Below the pieces are notes generated by a model that saw only the letters and a program-made list of their open reading frames with translations, made no database searches and was not told the origin of the DNA. Below, piece by piece: positions 16,961-25,483 of a stretch of 32,000 nucleotides of DNA. Made by a program: the position numbers and the translations under genes. Source of the DNA: Pyrobaculum aerophilum str. IM2 (lineage in GTDB: Archaea; Thermoproteota; Thermoprotei; Thermoproteales; Thermoproteaceae); contig NC_003364.1 in the NCBI RefSeq assembly GCF_000007225.1, forward strand, positions 1,590,001 to 1,622,000. Direction: 5' to 3'. The stretch's first letter is position 1; every line of letters starts with the position of its first letter.

Positions 16961-18058
16961 ATGTATGTTGTAGTTGGCGGTGGGGTTGTCGGGCTTTTCA
17001 CCGCCTATTATTTAAGCAGAGAGGGAGCAGATGTTGTTCTCATAGAGGCCGAGTCTTTAGCCCACTCCTCAAGGGCTGCGGCCGGGGTTTTGGAGTTTAC
17101 AAAATTCGAGCTTAATAGGATAAACGTGAGGGGCTACGCCTCTAGATATCTAAAAATGATAATAAACGGCAAGGCCGCAATACGCCGTATTGACCCGCTG
17201 TGGTTGTTGACATATCTAAAAGTATATGGCAGAGATCCTGACCCCAGCGTCTGGACTTTTATGAGCGAAATGGCCCAGTTCTCAAAGAGGGAGTATTTCA
17301 GACTGGCGGAGGAGTCTAACGATTTTGAGCTCCGGGAGGAGCCCGTGTTTGAAGTGGTGGAGGATGTAGAAAAAGAGGTGGAGGCGCTTAAGAAAGACCC
17401 CCTCAGGCCTAGGTTTGAAGTGGGGGAGTTAGACGGCCGTCAAGTCATTGTTTACCTCGACGCGGTCATTGTCTCCACAGACCTCCTCGCAGAACGGCTG
17501 TCTAGGGAGTTGAAAAACGTGAGAATATTAAAGGGCCGCGTTGCGCATTACGGCGACGGCTACGTAGTGCTTGAAGACGGCAGTAAAATCGAGGCCGAGG
17601 GGGTTGTCTTTTCAAGCGGCTGGTGGTGTAGAAAGCTGGGGATTCCGGTGGCCCCGCTGAAGGGATACGGCGTGAGGGCCACGACTTCTAAAAGGCCGAG
17701 TAGAGCCATTGCGGATTTCGTAAGGGGGGTTTTCGTAGTGCCGTTTACTAAATGGGTGAAAATAACGGGCAGATTCGACGTGGATCCCTACGGCGATTTG
17801 AAATACCTCCCGCCGGTGTTGGAGGCAGCGAGGCATTGGGCTGGGGACATCAACGCCTTTGACATAGCCGTCGGCTTTAGGCCCTGCACTCCCGACGGCC
17901 TCCCGGTTTTAGAAAAACGCGGCGGTGTCGTGATAGCAACGGGGACCTGCCGGCTAGGCTGGACCTACGGCCCTGCCATGGGGAAAATCGCGGCTGAGCT
18001 GGCCTTGGGGAAGCGTGGAGACTCTCCGCTATCTGCGCGACGTTTCGCCGCTAGATAG
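16961..18058 (+). CDS. FAD-dependent oxidoreductase (DAO / glycine-D-amino-acid oxidase family)
   Basis: Dinucleotide motif VVVGGGVVGLFTAYYLSREGADVVLIE right at the reset start. TATTTATTAA lies 21-30 nt upstream of 16961. Confidence 0.8.
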   Translation: MYVVVGGGVVGLFTAYYLSREGADVVLIEAESLAHSSRAAAGVLEFTKFELNRINVRGYASRYLKMIINGKAAIRRIDPLWLLTYLKVYGRDPDPSVWTFMSEMAQFSKREYFRLAEESNDFELREEPVFEVVEDVEKEVEALKKDPLRPRFEVGELDGRQVIVYLDAVIVSTDLLAERLSRELKNVRILKGRVAHYGDGYVVLEDGSKIEAEGVVFSSGWWCRKLGIPVAPLKGYGVRATTSKRPSRAIADFVRGVFVVPFTKWVKITGRFDVDPYGDLKYLPPVLEAARHWAGDINAFDIAVGFRPCTPDGLPVLEKRGGVVIATGTCRLGWTYGPAMGKIAAELALGKRGDSPLSARRFAAR

Positions 18059-18236
18059 GCCTTATCTCTACAACCCAGCCCTTTTCCACGACCCGAGTGG
18101 ACCCGTCGGCTTCTATTAAAAACTTGTCTTTTGTCTCGTGGACTACCACCCCCTCTATTACTATTAGATCTGTGGTCTGGTCGCAACGGGCGAGGACAAG
18201 CCTAACCCGGCGCCCGACTAGTCCACCGGAGCTCAT
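18051..18236 (-). CDS. Small Sm/SH3-like barrel protein, Rpp29 (RNase P/Pop4)-like core
   Basis: LVGRRVRLV...IEGVVVHETKDKFLIEADG...VEKG resembles the Rpp29 core (L.G..V.V...G..G.VVDET.NTL.IE). Start set at the ATG at 18236, which forms an ATGA overlap with the ferredoxin stop. Confidence 0.4.
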   Translation of the reverse strand: MSSGGLVGRRVRLVLARCDQTTDLIVIEGVVVHETKDKFLIEADGSTRVVEKGWVVEIRPI

Positions 18237-18547
18237 TGCAACGACGCCATCAATCCCCTCCTTAAGCTTCTCAACCACTTCCTCAACTCGGCGTTGGCAT
18301 CTTCTCTGGAGAGCTTATACCACGGCACTAGGGGGAGCCTCTCGGCTTGCGAGGCTCTCCTTATAGCCGCCACTGGGCACACGAAAACGCAGGCAAAATC
18401 GTCGTTACACCTGTCCCAGAGGAGAATTGGCTTTCCCTCCTCGTCGGGAATCAAGGCGCCGTAGGGGCAATAGGCTATACAGGCGCCGCAGGCAATACAA
18501 TTCTCCCTATAGATCACGACTTTCTCCACGGGTATATTTTTAGCCAA
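18233..18547 (-). CDS. 2x[4Fe-4S] ferredoxin-domain protein with basic C-terminal tail
   Basis: Cluster motifs CIACGACIAYCP and CNDDFACVFVCP. Confidence 0.8.
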   Translation of the reverse strand: MAKNIPVEKVVIYRENCIACGACIAYCPYGALIPDEEGKPILLWDRCNDDFACVFVCPVAAIRRASQAERLPLVPWYKLSREDANAELRKWLRSLRRGLMASLQ

Positions 18548-18594
18548 GTTTATAAATCTTATTACAGATTTATCTGAAAATATACACTAACGGC

Positions 18595-18885
18595 TTAGCC
18601 CTTGTTGCAAGCCTCTTTTATGAGCTGCGCCAAATTGGCCAGCCCCATTTTTAACGTGTAGAAGACTAAGACGTAAGTCCTCTCCCCGTCGCTAATTGCA
18701 AGACACTCGCCGGAACAAAGCCGCTCTTTAACCTCTTTAAAATCCGCCTTTGTAAAGGCAGGGGGGAGCTTCACAATACTCCCCTCGGCGTATATCAAAG
18801 TCTTTAAGTTGCAAGTACAGACTAGTTCAAACACCACATCTTCTACACACCGCCTTGCGTCTGCCACGTTTATTTCCACGTACAT
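18595..18885 (-). CDS. Hypothetical Cys-rich small protein (96 aa)
   Basis: The ORF is coupled to the upstream ORF by a TAATG overlap. It has 6 Cys and I recognised no family. Confidence 0.4.
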   Translation of the reverse strand: MYVEINVADARRCVEDVVFELVCTCNLKTLIYAEGSIVKLPPAFTKADFKEVKERLCSGECLAISDGERTYVLVFYTLKMGLANLAQLIKEACNKG

Positions 18886-19151
18886 TACACCACTAACACG
18901 GGCCTATTGGCGCAAATTTCTAAAAAAGTCAACGGCCCGCTGGCCTTAAACCCCGGGGGGATCTCCCAAGGGAGGTAAGTGCAGATTCTCACTTCGCCGA
19001 GAGCAGCCGCCTTGGCCGCAAGCCTTCTGCCCTCCATGGCTAGAAATATATGCCTGGGTTTGAAAATTTTCAATATCTCCAGCGCGTTTTCGTCGGGGGT
19101 TGTAACAAGGGCGCAGATTACCTCGTCCTCTTTATTAAAAACCTCATCCAT
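18885..19151 (-). CDS. Hypothetical small protein (88 aa), possibly DsrH/TusB-like fold
   Basis: Lies in an operon with the tusA-like gene. The pattern VICALVTTPDENALEILKIFKPRHIFLAMEGRRLAAK is loosely reminiscent of DsrH/TusB N-termini. This is weak evidence. Confidence 0.35.
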   Translation of the reverse strand: MDEVFNKEDEVICALVTTPDENALEILKIFKPRHIFLAMEGRRLAAKAAALGEVRICTYLPWEIPPGFKASGPLTFLEICANRPVLVV

Positions 19152-19342
19152 CCCCCCTCAAGCTCGTTGAACTCAACCAGCTCGTTTTTTGTAAACCTAC
19201 ACCACGTTGGTATGTCTTCTTTCGCACAGGGGTCGTTAGTTATAACCTCTAGAAAACCCCCTATTGGCACGTCGGCAATTGCCTTTTTTAACTCCACCGG
19301 CCCTAGACAGTGGGCCCCGCTTATTTTAATGGTTTTAATCAC
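19118..19342 (-). CDS. tusA: TusA/SirA-like sulfurtransferase
   Basis: About 74 aa. The N-terminal active-site-like ISGAHCLGPVELKKAI stands in place of the CPxP motif, and the overall TusA pattern is present (GGFLEVITNDPCAKEDIPTWC). Confidence 0.6.
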   Translation of the reverse strand: MIKTIKISGAHCLGPVELKKAIADVPIGGFLEVITNDPCAKEDIPTWCRFTKNELVEFNELEGGWMRFLIKRTR

Positions 19343-19396
19343 AACTCCTCCTCAATTTAAACAAAAAAACCTTATTTCCCCAGATGCTGGGAATGT

Positions 19397-19858
19397 CTAT
19401 ATAAACAGAGTAACTGCCGCGTCTTTCGCCCTTTCTAAAAACGTGGCGGCGCCGACTACGTCGTCAACGAAATCCGCCAGGGCTGATTTGTCTTTTATGC
19501 CGAACATCTCCATTGTAGTGGAGCAGGCGTAAACCCTGACATTGCCCATCGCCTTTGCCTGCCTGAGTAATTCATGCCAAGCGGGGAAGTTCATCTGTTT
19601 GATTGCCTGCGCCACCGCCGGCCCATATTCAGCAAAGTCCGCGGAGATTTTCGGCGGAGCGTTTAACATCTCTTTCCTAATGGCGTTTAGACCCCAGAAG
19701 GTGAAGAAGACTTCCACCTCCCAGCCCCCGGCGGCCGCGGCGCTGGACAGTATAGCCACGGGGTATAGTTTATCTACAGTGCCGGACCACGCAATTATTG
19801 CTAATTTATTTTTCTTTTCCACTTTTTCAGAACATACTCTACTTACGAATATTGTCAT
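19397..19858 (-). CDS. DsrE/DsrF-like (DrsE_2-type) sulfur-relay protein, paralog B
   Basis: See paralog A. It lies directly upstream of the tusA-like gene, an arrangement known from archaeal DsrE3-TusA pairs. Confidence 0.6.
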   Translation of the reverse strand: MTIFVSRVCSEKVEKKNKLAIIAWSGTVDKLYPVAILSSAAAAGGWEVEVFFTFWGLNAIRKEMLNAPPKISADFAEYGPAVAQAIKQMNFPAWHELLRQAKAMGNVRVYACSTTMEMFGIKDKSALADFVDDVVGAATFLERAKDAAVTLFI

Positions 19859-19920
19859 TTAAAAAAGTTGCGAACGAGTCCTTAGGAATAGGTATAAATA
19901 GCCCACTCGCATGTTATTTT

Positions 19921-20178
19921 ATGAGGAGGGAGGAGTACATCGTCTACAGGATTAAGTTCAAGAACTACCTCGACGCTGTGAAGTTTTTAGGAGACTTGGC
20001 CCAAATCGCCGAGAGGCTGGGCCACCACCCAGATGTGGAGTTGAAATACGTAAACCTAGTTCTCAAGCTCACTACTCACGACGCCGGGAATAGAGTTACC
20101 GATAGGGATTTGGCCCTGGCCAGGGAAATAGACAGACTTGTAGAGAGCTATAGGGATAGGATATCGGCAGTTGAGTAA
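19921..20178 (+). CDS. Pterin-4a-carbinolamine dehydratase (PCD/DCoH)
   Basis: Motif ERLGHHPDVELKYVNLVLKLTTHD. Start reset to the ATG at 19921, which has TATAAATA 21-28 nt upstream. Confidence 0.8.
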   Translation: MRREEYIVYRIKFKNYLDAVKFLGDLAQIAERLGHHPDVELKYVNLVLKLTTHDAGNRVTDRDLALAREIDRLVESYRDRISAVE

Positions 20179-21008
20179 TGGAGGCCAGGCTCATTGCCGC
20201 TGCGGCGCTGGCGTGGGGAGCGACGGCCGTAAGCGCGTTGGGATACGTCTTTTCCAACAGCGTGGTGGTTTTAGGCGATTTTCTACACGGCGTTGCCGAC
20301 GCTTTGGGCATCACCTTAGCCGTTCTAGCCGCATGGCTTGTCGCAAGAGATCCCGGCGGGGTGTTTACCTACGGGTATCACAGAGCGGAATCTCTGGCCA
20401 TATTTACAAACGCAGTGATGATACTCTTCGGCTCTATCTACGTCGCTTATGAAGCCGCGCTGAGGTTTTTTAAAGGAGTTGAGATCGACCCACTATGGAT
20501 GTTGTACTCCTCCTCTGCGGCTTTAATCCTCAGCGTCGTGTCTGCGGTGTTGTTGAAAGGGAGGAGTGAGGCGAATTTAAAAGCGGCTTATTTACACGCC
20601 TTAGCCGATTCTTTAACGTCAATTATAGCGCTTGCCTCCGCCGTCTCTATAATATTGGCGGGGATCCCCCTAATTGACGCCGTCTTAGGCCTGGGAATTT
20701 CGGCTTATTTATTCTCCAGAGCGCTTCCCCTGTTTGAAAGCTCTCTATTATCGCTACTGGACGCATCGCCTATAAACCCAGAGGCGTTGAAAAAAGAGAT
20801 TGGGCTACACGTACACGATATGCACATCTGGTCCCCGTGTCCCGATTTCAAAATAGCCACTCTACACATTGTAGTGCCCGAAAACTACACGTTAACAGAA
20901 CTGGAGGAGATAAGGAAGAGGGTGGAGCACACGCTGAGGAGCAGAGGTATAAACCACGTGACTATACAGTTCGAAAGCGGGCATTGTTCAAACAGCCACA
21001 GACACTAA
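20178..21008 (+). CDS. Cation diffusion facilitator (CDF) family metal efflux transporter
   Basis: Motifs HGVADALG, YGYHRAESLA and HALADSLTS, with a His-rich C-terminus. TAATG overlap with the PCD gene. Confidence 0.85.
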   Translation: MEARLIAAAALAWGATAVSALGYVFSNSVVVLGDFLHGVADALGITLAVLAAWLVARDPGGVFTYGYHRAESLAIFTNAVMILFGSIYVAYEAALRFFKGVEIDPLWMLYSSSAALILSVVSAVLLKGRSEANLKAAYLHALADSLTSIIALASAVSIILAGIPLIDAVLGLGISAYLFSRALPLFESSLLSLLDASPINPEALKKEIGLHVHDMHIWSPCPDFKIATLHIVVPENYTLTELEEIRKRVEHTLRSRGINHVTIQFESGHCSNSHRH

Positions 21009-21075
21009 GCCCTCAAAGCGCCTAAGACAAGAGTCGGCTACTAAATATTAAAAAGTAAGTTTAGAACCGGTACAT

Positions 21076-21621
21076 ATGGAGATTTTAGAAAGGCCTCTTC
21101 CCAAGCCGTGTACTGAGGATTATGTCTCTGCGCGTTTGTTAGAGTCTCTCGTGGAGGCTGGCTTGGCCTTGAAATTCCTCGAAGATGGTTTAGTTAGAAA
21201 CGCCGCTGGGAAGGCTTTTCAAGCATGGCGGGCGTTTTTGGCGGCTCTTCTCAGGCTTGAGCTTGATAGGCTTAAGGCCGTTGTAAAGACGGAGGAGGAA
21301 AGGCGCTGGCTTGAGTCCACTGCAGTGCCGAGAGTGCCCACTGGGAGAATGACTTCCCTATCGCAAATGCTAGAGGAGGTGGGACATGGGGGCATTTCTT
21401 TCGGCACTGACAAGGCGCTTAAATTACACGATTATCAATACCACGGCCCAGATCCGGACATGGCGTTGAGCAAATACCGCAACAGAGAGGAGGCGGCTAG
21501 AGACGTCGTGTTGCTTCTGAAAGAACTGGCTAGGCGCGTCGAGGCATTGAAACAGAGGGTTAAGTGGAGCGACGACTTGGAGAGGGCTCTTAGCGCTTTG
21601 AGGGCTGAAATAGGCGCGTAA
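21076..21621 (+). CDS. PaREP1-family protein, paralog 2
   Basis: RNAAGKAFQAW and LKLHDYQYHGPDP align with paralog 3 and, more distantly, with paralog 1. Confidence 0.6.
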   Translation: MEILERPLPKPCTEDYVSARLLESLVEAGLALKFLEDGLVRNAAGKAFQAWRAFLAALLRLELDRLKAVVKTEEERRWLESTAVPRVPTGRMTSLSQMLEEVGHGGISFGTDKALKLHDYQYHGPDPDMALSKYRNREEAARDVVLLLKELARRVEALKQRVKWSDDLERALSALRAEIGA

Positions 21622-21631
21622 ACGCGCTGGC

Positions 21632-23635
21632 TTACAGCGGGAGGGCGTATTTCGTCTTCATAAACTCCTCAATTGTTTTCTCCAACCTTTCCGGCTCTCT
21701 GACTGGGAGGCTACACGCCCCGCCTGCGCATATATACGCCGCTGGCTTGGGGCCGTTGAGCATGGCCCTAACGGCGGGGTCCTTGTAGGGCCAGTTCCCT
21801 GTGATTGGCACTACCACGTGCCAGGGCCTATACGCCCTTAACGCCGCTGTTATTAACTCCGGCGATTCGCCGACAATTACCGTGCGCGGCACGCCCAGCG
21901 TCAAGAGGTCCAGAGCTATCCAGAGGCCGGAGGCGGCCGGGCCCACCCTTTCCATTTTCCCATACAGCGCCGACACGGCCCTATAGGCTGCCTCCTTGTA
22001 CTTAGCGTCGCCCGTCACTTCTGACAGCGTTGCGAGGGCAATTGCGGCAACGGCGTTGCCAGAGAAATTAGGCGTGTCGAGTGCGGGGTAGTTTGGCGTT
22101 GGGATTATCTCGTCCACTGTCTCCACGTCTTTAAACCCGCCCTCCTCTAGGAATTTAGCGAGCAAGATCTCGCCCGCCGATTCAGCTACCTTTAAGAACT
22201 CCAGCTTCGCCGTGTGAGAATACCCCTCTATCCACGCCAGAATGCAGTAGGCGTAGTCCTCCAGCGCCGCGATTCCCACCGGCCCGCCGCCTCTGAACCC
22301 CCTCGGCAACCTCCCGCGTTGCCCCAGCTCGACACCGAACCGCTCAAGGGTTCTCACCGCGTGATACTTGTTGCCCACTGAGGCGAGTCTGCTGGCCAGC
22401 AATTCGGCGTAGGCCATGGCACAGCTCCACCCCACATATACAGTTGTGTCGGTAAACGGCGGCTTCCTCTTCCTCCTGGCTTCTATAAGGATTTGATAAA
22501 TTCTCTCCGCCTCGGGGCCTTCCAAAGGCCTAGCCACTCTTAACGTGGCCTTCCCCTCTGGCCAGGGGTATTCCTCGAGCCCGAAGTGTTTAGAGGCAAC
22601 TGGATACAGCTCTCCGAGGAGCTCCTTCAACTCTTCTAACGACCAGCGGTAGTAGCCCCCCTCCTCCCCATCCACGTCGGCGTCTTGACTGGCGTAATAG
22701 CCCCCCTCAGGGGCTCTCATAAACTCGTCAAGCCACTTCACGATGCCCTCGGCAGTCCTCTTGTAGAGCGCCTTGCCGAACTGCCTATACGCCTTTGTAT
22801 ACACGGCGAGCAACTCGGCGTTGTCTATCAACAACTTCTCGTAGTGCGGGATAAGCCACGACCTGTCAGTGGAGTATCTGAAAAAGCCGCCGAGTAGCTG
22901 GTCGTAGACGCCGCCTAGGGCCATGGCATCGAGAGTCCTCTCCGCCATTTTGCCGTAAATCCCAACCCCGTCGTAAAAATGCCTCATCATTAACAACTCC
23001 AGCTGGGTAATAGGCGGGAACTTCGGCGCGCCTCCAAAACCGCCGTACTCCTCGTCGAAAGACGCCGCCAAGGCGGCCAGGACCTCCGCCTGCCCCTCCC
23101 TCCTGGGCTCCCCGGGCGACGGCGAGTGCCACTTCTTGAGCTCTCTGGCCAAATCCTCGTGGAACTTCTCCACCTCCCCTCTCTTCTCTCTATATGCCCG
23201 CAATACCGCCTCGAGGACTTCCAACATGCCGGGGAGGCCCATTTCTCTACGCGGGGGGAGGTATGTGGCGGCCCATATCACCTGCCCCTTAGGCGTCATG
23301 AAGACGGTAAGAGGCCAGCCGGACTGCCCCGATATCAGCTGGGCGGCCTCTTGCAGACGCCTATCAACGTCGGGCCTCTCGTCGCGGTCGACCTTCACGG
23401 GGATGAAGTGTTTATTAATGAACTCGGCCACTTCCTCGTCGTTGTAAGTCCTCTCGTCCATTACGTGGCACCAGTGGCACCATACGGCGCCGACGTCCAC
23501 CAACACCGGCTTGTCCTCCCTCTCAGCGGCCTCAAAGGCCTCTTTGCACCAGCCCCACCACTTCACTCTGCTCTTAAGCCCCTCCAGCACGAAGGGGGAG
23601 GATGACGAGGATAGGCATCTCTCTCTGGCGTCCAT
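21632..23635 (-). CDS. Thioredoxin-domain protein of the DUF255/YyaL (SSP411-like) family with (alpha/alpha)6 barrel
   Basis: EDKPVLVDVGAVWCHWCHVMDERTYNDEEVAEFINKHFIPVKVDRDERPDVD is the family signature. About 670 aa. Confidence 0.85.
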   Translation of the reverse strand: MDARERCLSSSSSPFVLEGLKSRVKWWGWCKEAFEAAEREDKPVLVDVGAVWCHWCHVMDERTYNDEEVAEFINKHFIPVKVDRDERPDVDRRLQEAAQLISGQSGWPLTVFMTPKGQVIWAATYLPPRREMGLPGMLEVLEAVLRAYREKRGEVEKFHEDLARELKKWHSPSPGEPRREGQAEVLAALAASFDEEYGGFGGAPKFPPITQLELLMMRHFYDGVGIYGKMAERTLDAMALGGVYDQLLGGFFRYSTDRSWLIPHYEKLLIDNAELLAVYTKAYRQFGKALYKRTAEGIVKWLDEFMRAPEGGYYASQDADVDGEEGGYYRWSLEELKELLGELYPVASKHFGLEEYPWPEGKATLRVARPLEGPEAERIYQILIEARRKRKPPFTDTTVYVGWSCAMAYAELLASRLASVGNKYHAVRTLERFGVELGQRGRLPRGFRGGGPVGIAALEDYAYCILAWIEGYSHTAKLEFLKVAESAGEILLAKFLEEGGFKDVETVDEIIPTPNYPALDTPNFSGNAVAAIALATLSEVTGDAKYKEAAYRAVSALYGKMERVGPAASGLWIALDLLTLGVPRTVIVGESPELITAALRAYRPWHVVVPITGNWPYKDPAVRAMLNGPKPAAYICAGGACSLPVREPERLEKTIEEFMKTKYALPL

Positions 23636-23796
23636 GATAAAATCGAATTCTACATTAAAATACCACCTCTCGCCGCGGAGGTGGGCGCGTGGCCCCCGCT
23701 TGAGTTTACAGAGCGGCAGACGCCGTTGATCCAGGCGGCGTTATGTACCCCCGCTTGGGGCAATTAAATAATTTATACCAGTCCGCGGTAGCCTTT

Positions 23797-24285
23797 GTGG
23801 ACGTGGTAGTAGAAAAGCCCTGGAGGAATTTACAGGAGTACATTAAGGCGAGGCTTGAAGAGGCTGCTGTCGAGCTACAGCTGGCCTTAATTTTAATGGG
23901 GGAAGGCTATACGAGAAACGCCGCCGGGAAGTTATTTCAAGCGTTCAAGTCCTATTTGGCCGCGGCTGCCGGCGAGAAGAGGGAGGAACTCGCCGCCCGC
24001 CTAAGAGATGTGGACAAGTTAATTGCCTATATGCCAACGAGGGCTTTGGTAAAAATTTCAACGCTTTTAGGCCTTGAGAGAGAGGCCCGCGTGGCCCTAG
24101 CCTTACGCCAATATCAATACAACGGGCCAGACCCCGAGGGGATAACGTCGTTATACCCAGACAGAGAATCCGCCAAACGCGACTTCTGCTGGCTTGCCAA
24201 AAGGCTGATAGAGCTAACCGGCTCTGAAAAAGATTTGTATACTAAAGCCTGCGGAGCGCCAGAGGTAGACTCAAAATCCGATTAG
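23797..24285 (+). CDS. PaREP1-family protein, paralog 3
   Basis: Motifs RNAAGKLFQAF and LALRQYQYNGPDP. The GTG start at 23797 gives the same N-terminal length as paralog 2 and has AATAATTTATAC 18-29 nt upstream. The ORF track starts at 23743. Confidence 0.6.
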   Translation: MDVVVEKPWRNLQEYIKARLEEAAVELQLALILMGEGYTRNAAGKLFQAFKSYLAAAAGEKREELAARLRDVDKLIAYMPTRALVKISTLLGLEREARVALALRQYQYNGPDPEGITSLYPDRESAKRDFCWLAKRLIELTGSEKDLYTKACGAPEVDSKSD

Positions 24286-24997
24286 CGTTTTACAAGTCTG
24301 TTTCAATACTATAAAGCAGACGCGCTGAGGTGCCCAGGCTTTTTACTCCCAGACGTTGCGTACAACAGCCAAAGCGCTTGATATAGCCAACACGCCACTT
24401 CCATCTACAGACAAGCAGTGGCCAGGGCAGAGTTATAAGCCCTACGGCTACAGTCCCCTATATCTCCTCGGTGAAGAGAGAATAAAGCTTAGAAGATGGC
24501 CGCAGAGAAACCACATTAGGAGTACCGGAAATAGACAAAAACGAGCTGGACTTATTATCATACTAGATAAGTGTCTAAGAAGTTGACCAAAGCCCCTAAA
24601 GCGTTTATAACGACATACTTCAAAGGCGCATTCGCTACGTTTAATGAGGGAGATAGGGAAAAGAGATCTTGAAGTAGCTGAAATTTTAGGAGGCTGGAGG
24701 TTGCACATCTACCTTTACAATGCGGAAGTATTAACGCCAATAAATTGAGCTCTCCTTATTCTAACGCCCCTGGTGCTGGAATATAGCCCTCTAGAAAAAG
24801 CCTAGGAAAGGAGTTGCGGTCGGCAGTTACCCACATCCCTTTTATCCCCTGCAATTACTTGATGGGGCATCTGCAATTAGAGCTAATACCCAAAGGGAGC
24901 GCTTCGCATTTTTCCGCATCCATCCTCCTTTTTACTGAGAACACCTTGTTGGCGACGCCTCTTTACAAAAGCGCCTCTGACACCACGACTAATGGTC

Positions 24998-25483
24998 TTA
25001 TCTACGGTTGCCCCTCCCCCTTGAGAATAAGCGAAGCAGGAGGTAGTGCGCCGCAAGCCCCGAGAGGCCTACGGAGAGAACATCGGCCCACAAAGCCCTT
25101 GGCAACGGCGCGTGAAATACATAAGACAGCGCCCACGACAGCGTCAACCAGAGCACTATGTGCAAAACCCCCTTAAACACGCCGTGGCGCCACCCCAAGT
25201 AAAGCGGCATTAAAAGCACAAATGCCGCCGCAAAAATAGCGGTCAGCACAAGCGGAGGAATCATGTAAAAAGAGGCGAAGAGCACCACAATGGCGAGGGC
25301 CTCTAAAAGCCGCATTTTTAAATTAGGCACCTCGTGGAAGAAAAAGACCGTCCCCAATAAGGCTAGGTAAATACCGGCTAGGAAAAAGCCTGCAGTTAAT
25401 GGGTATATGACACCGTCCCCAACCCTATAAGCAAGAAGGAGGAGAAATAAAAAAGAGGACAAAAAAACGAGTTTTGAAATCAC
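24998..25483 (-). CDS. Polytopic membrane protein (about 5 TM), unknown function
   Basis: Strongly hydrophobic 161-aa ORF. Its start overlaps the stop of the 533-aa ORF by 1 nt. Confidence 0.5.
   Translation of the reverse strand: MISKLVFLSSFLFLLLLAYRVGDGVIYPLTAGFFLAGIYLALLGTVFFFHEVPNLKMRLLEALAIVVLFASFYMIPPLVLTAIFAAAFVLLMPLYLGWRHGVFKGVLHIVLWLTLSWALSYVFHAPLPRALWADVLSVGLSGLAAHYLLLRLFSRGRGNRR

Noticed and set aside
13660-23605. Long antisense ORFs (e.g. 13660-14148, 14082-14465, 19050-19532, 19542-19862, 22866-23132, 23126-23605)
   Set aside because: These are shadow ORFs opposite well-supported genes in GC-rich coding DNA. Their composition is skewed (Ser/Pro/Arg-rich) and they have no motifs.
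24356-25176. ORFs 24356-24586 (+), 24448-24708 (-), 24558-24740 (-) and 24814-25176 (+)
   Set aside because: They mutually overlap, have no promoter at the right distance and no recognisable motifs. The last is antisense to the membrane protein gene.
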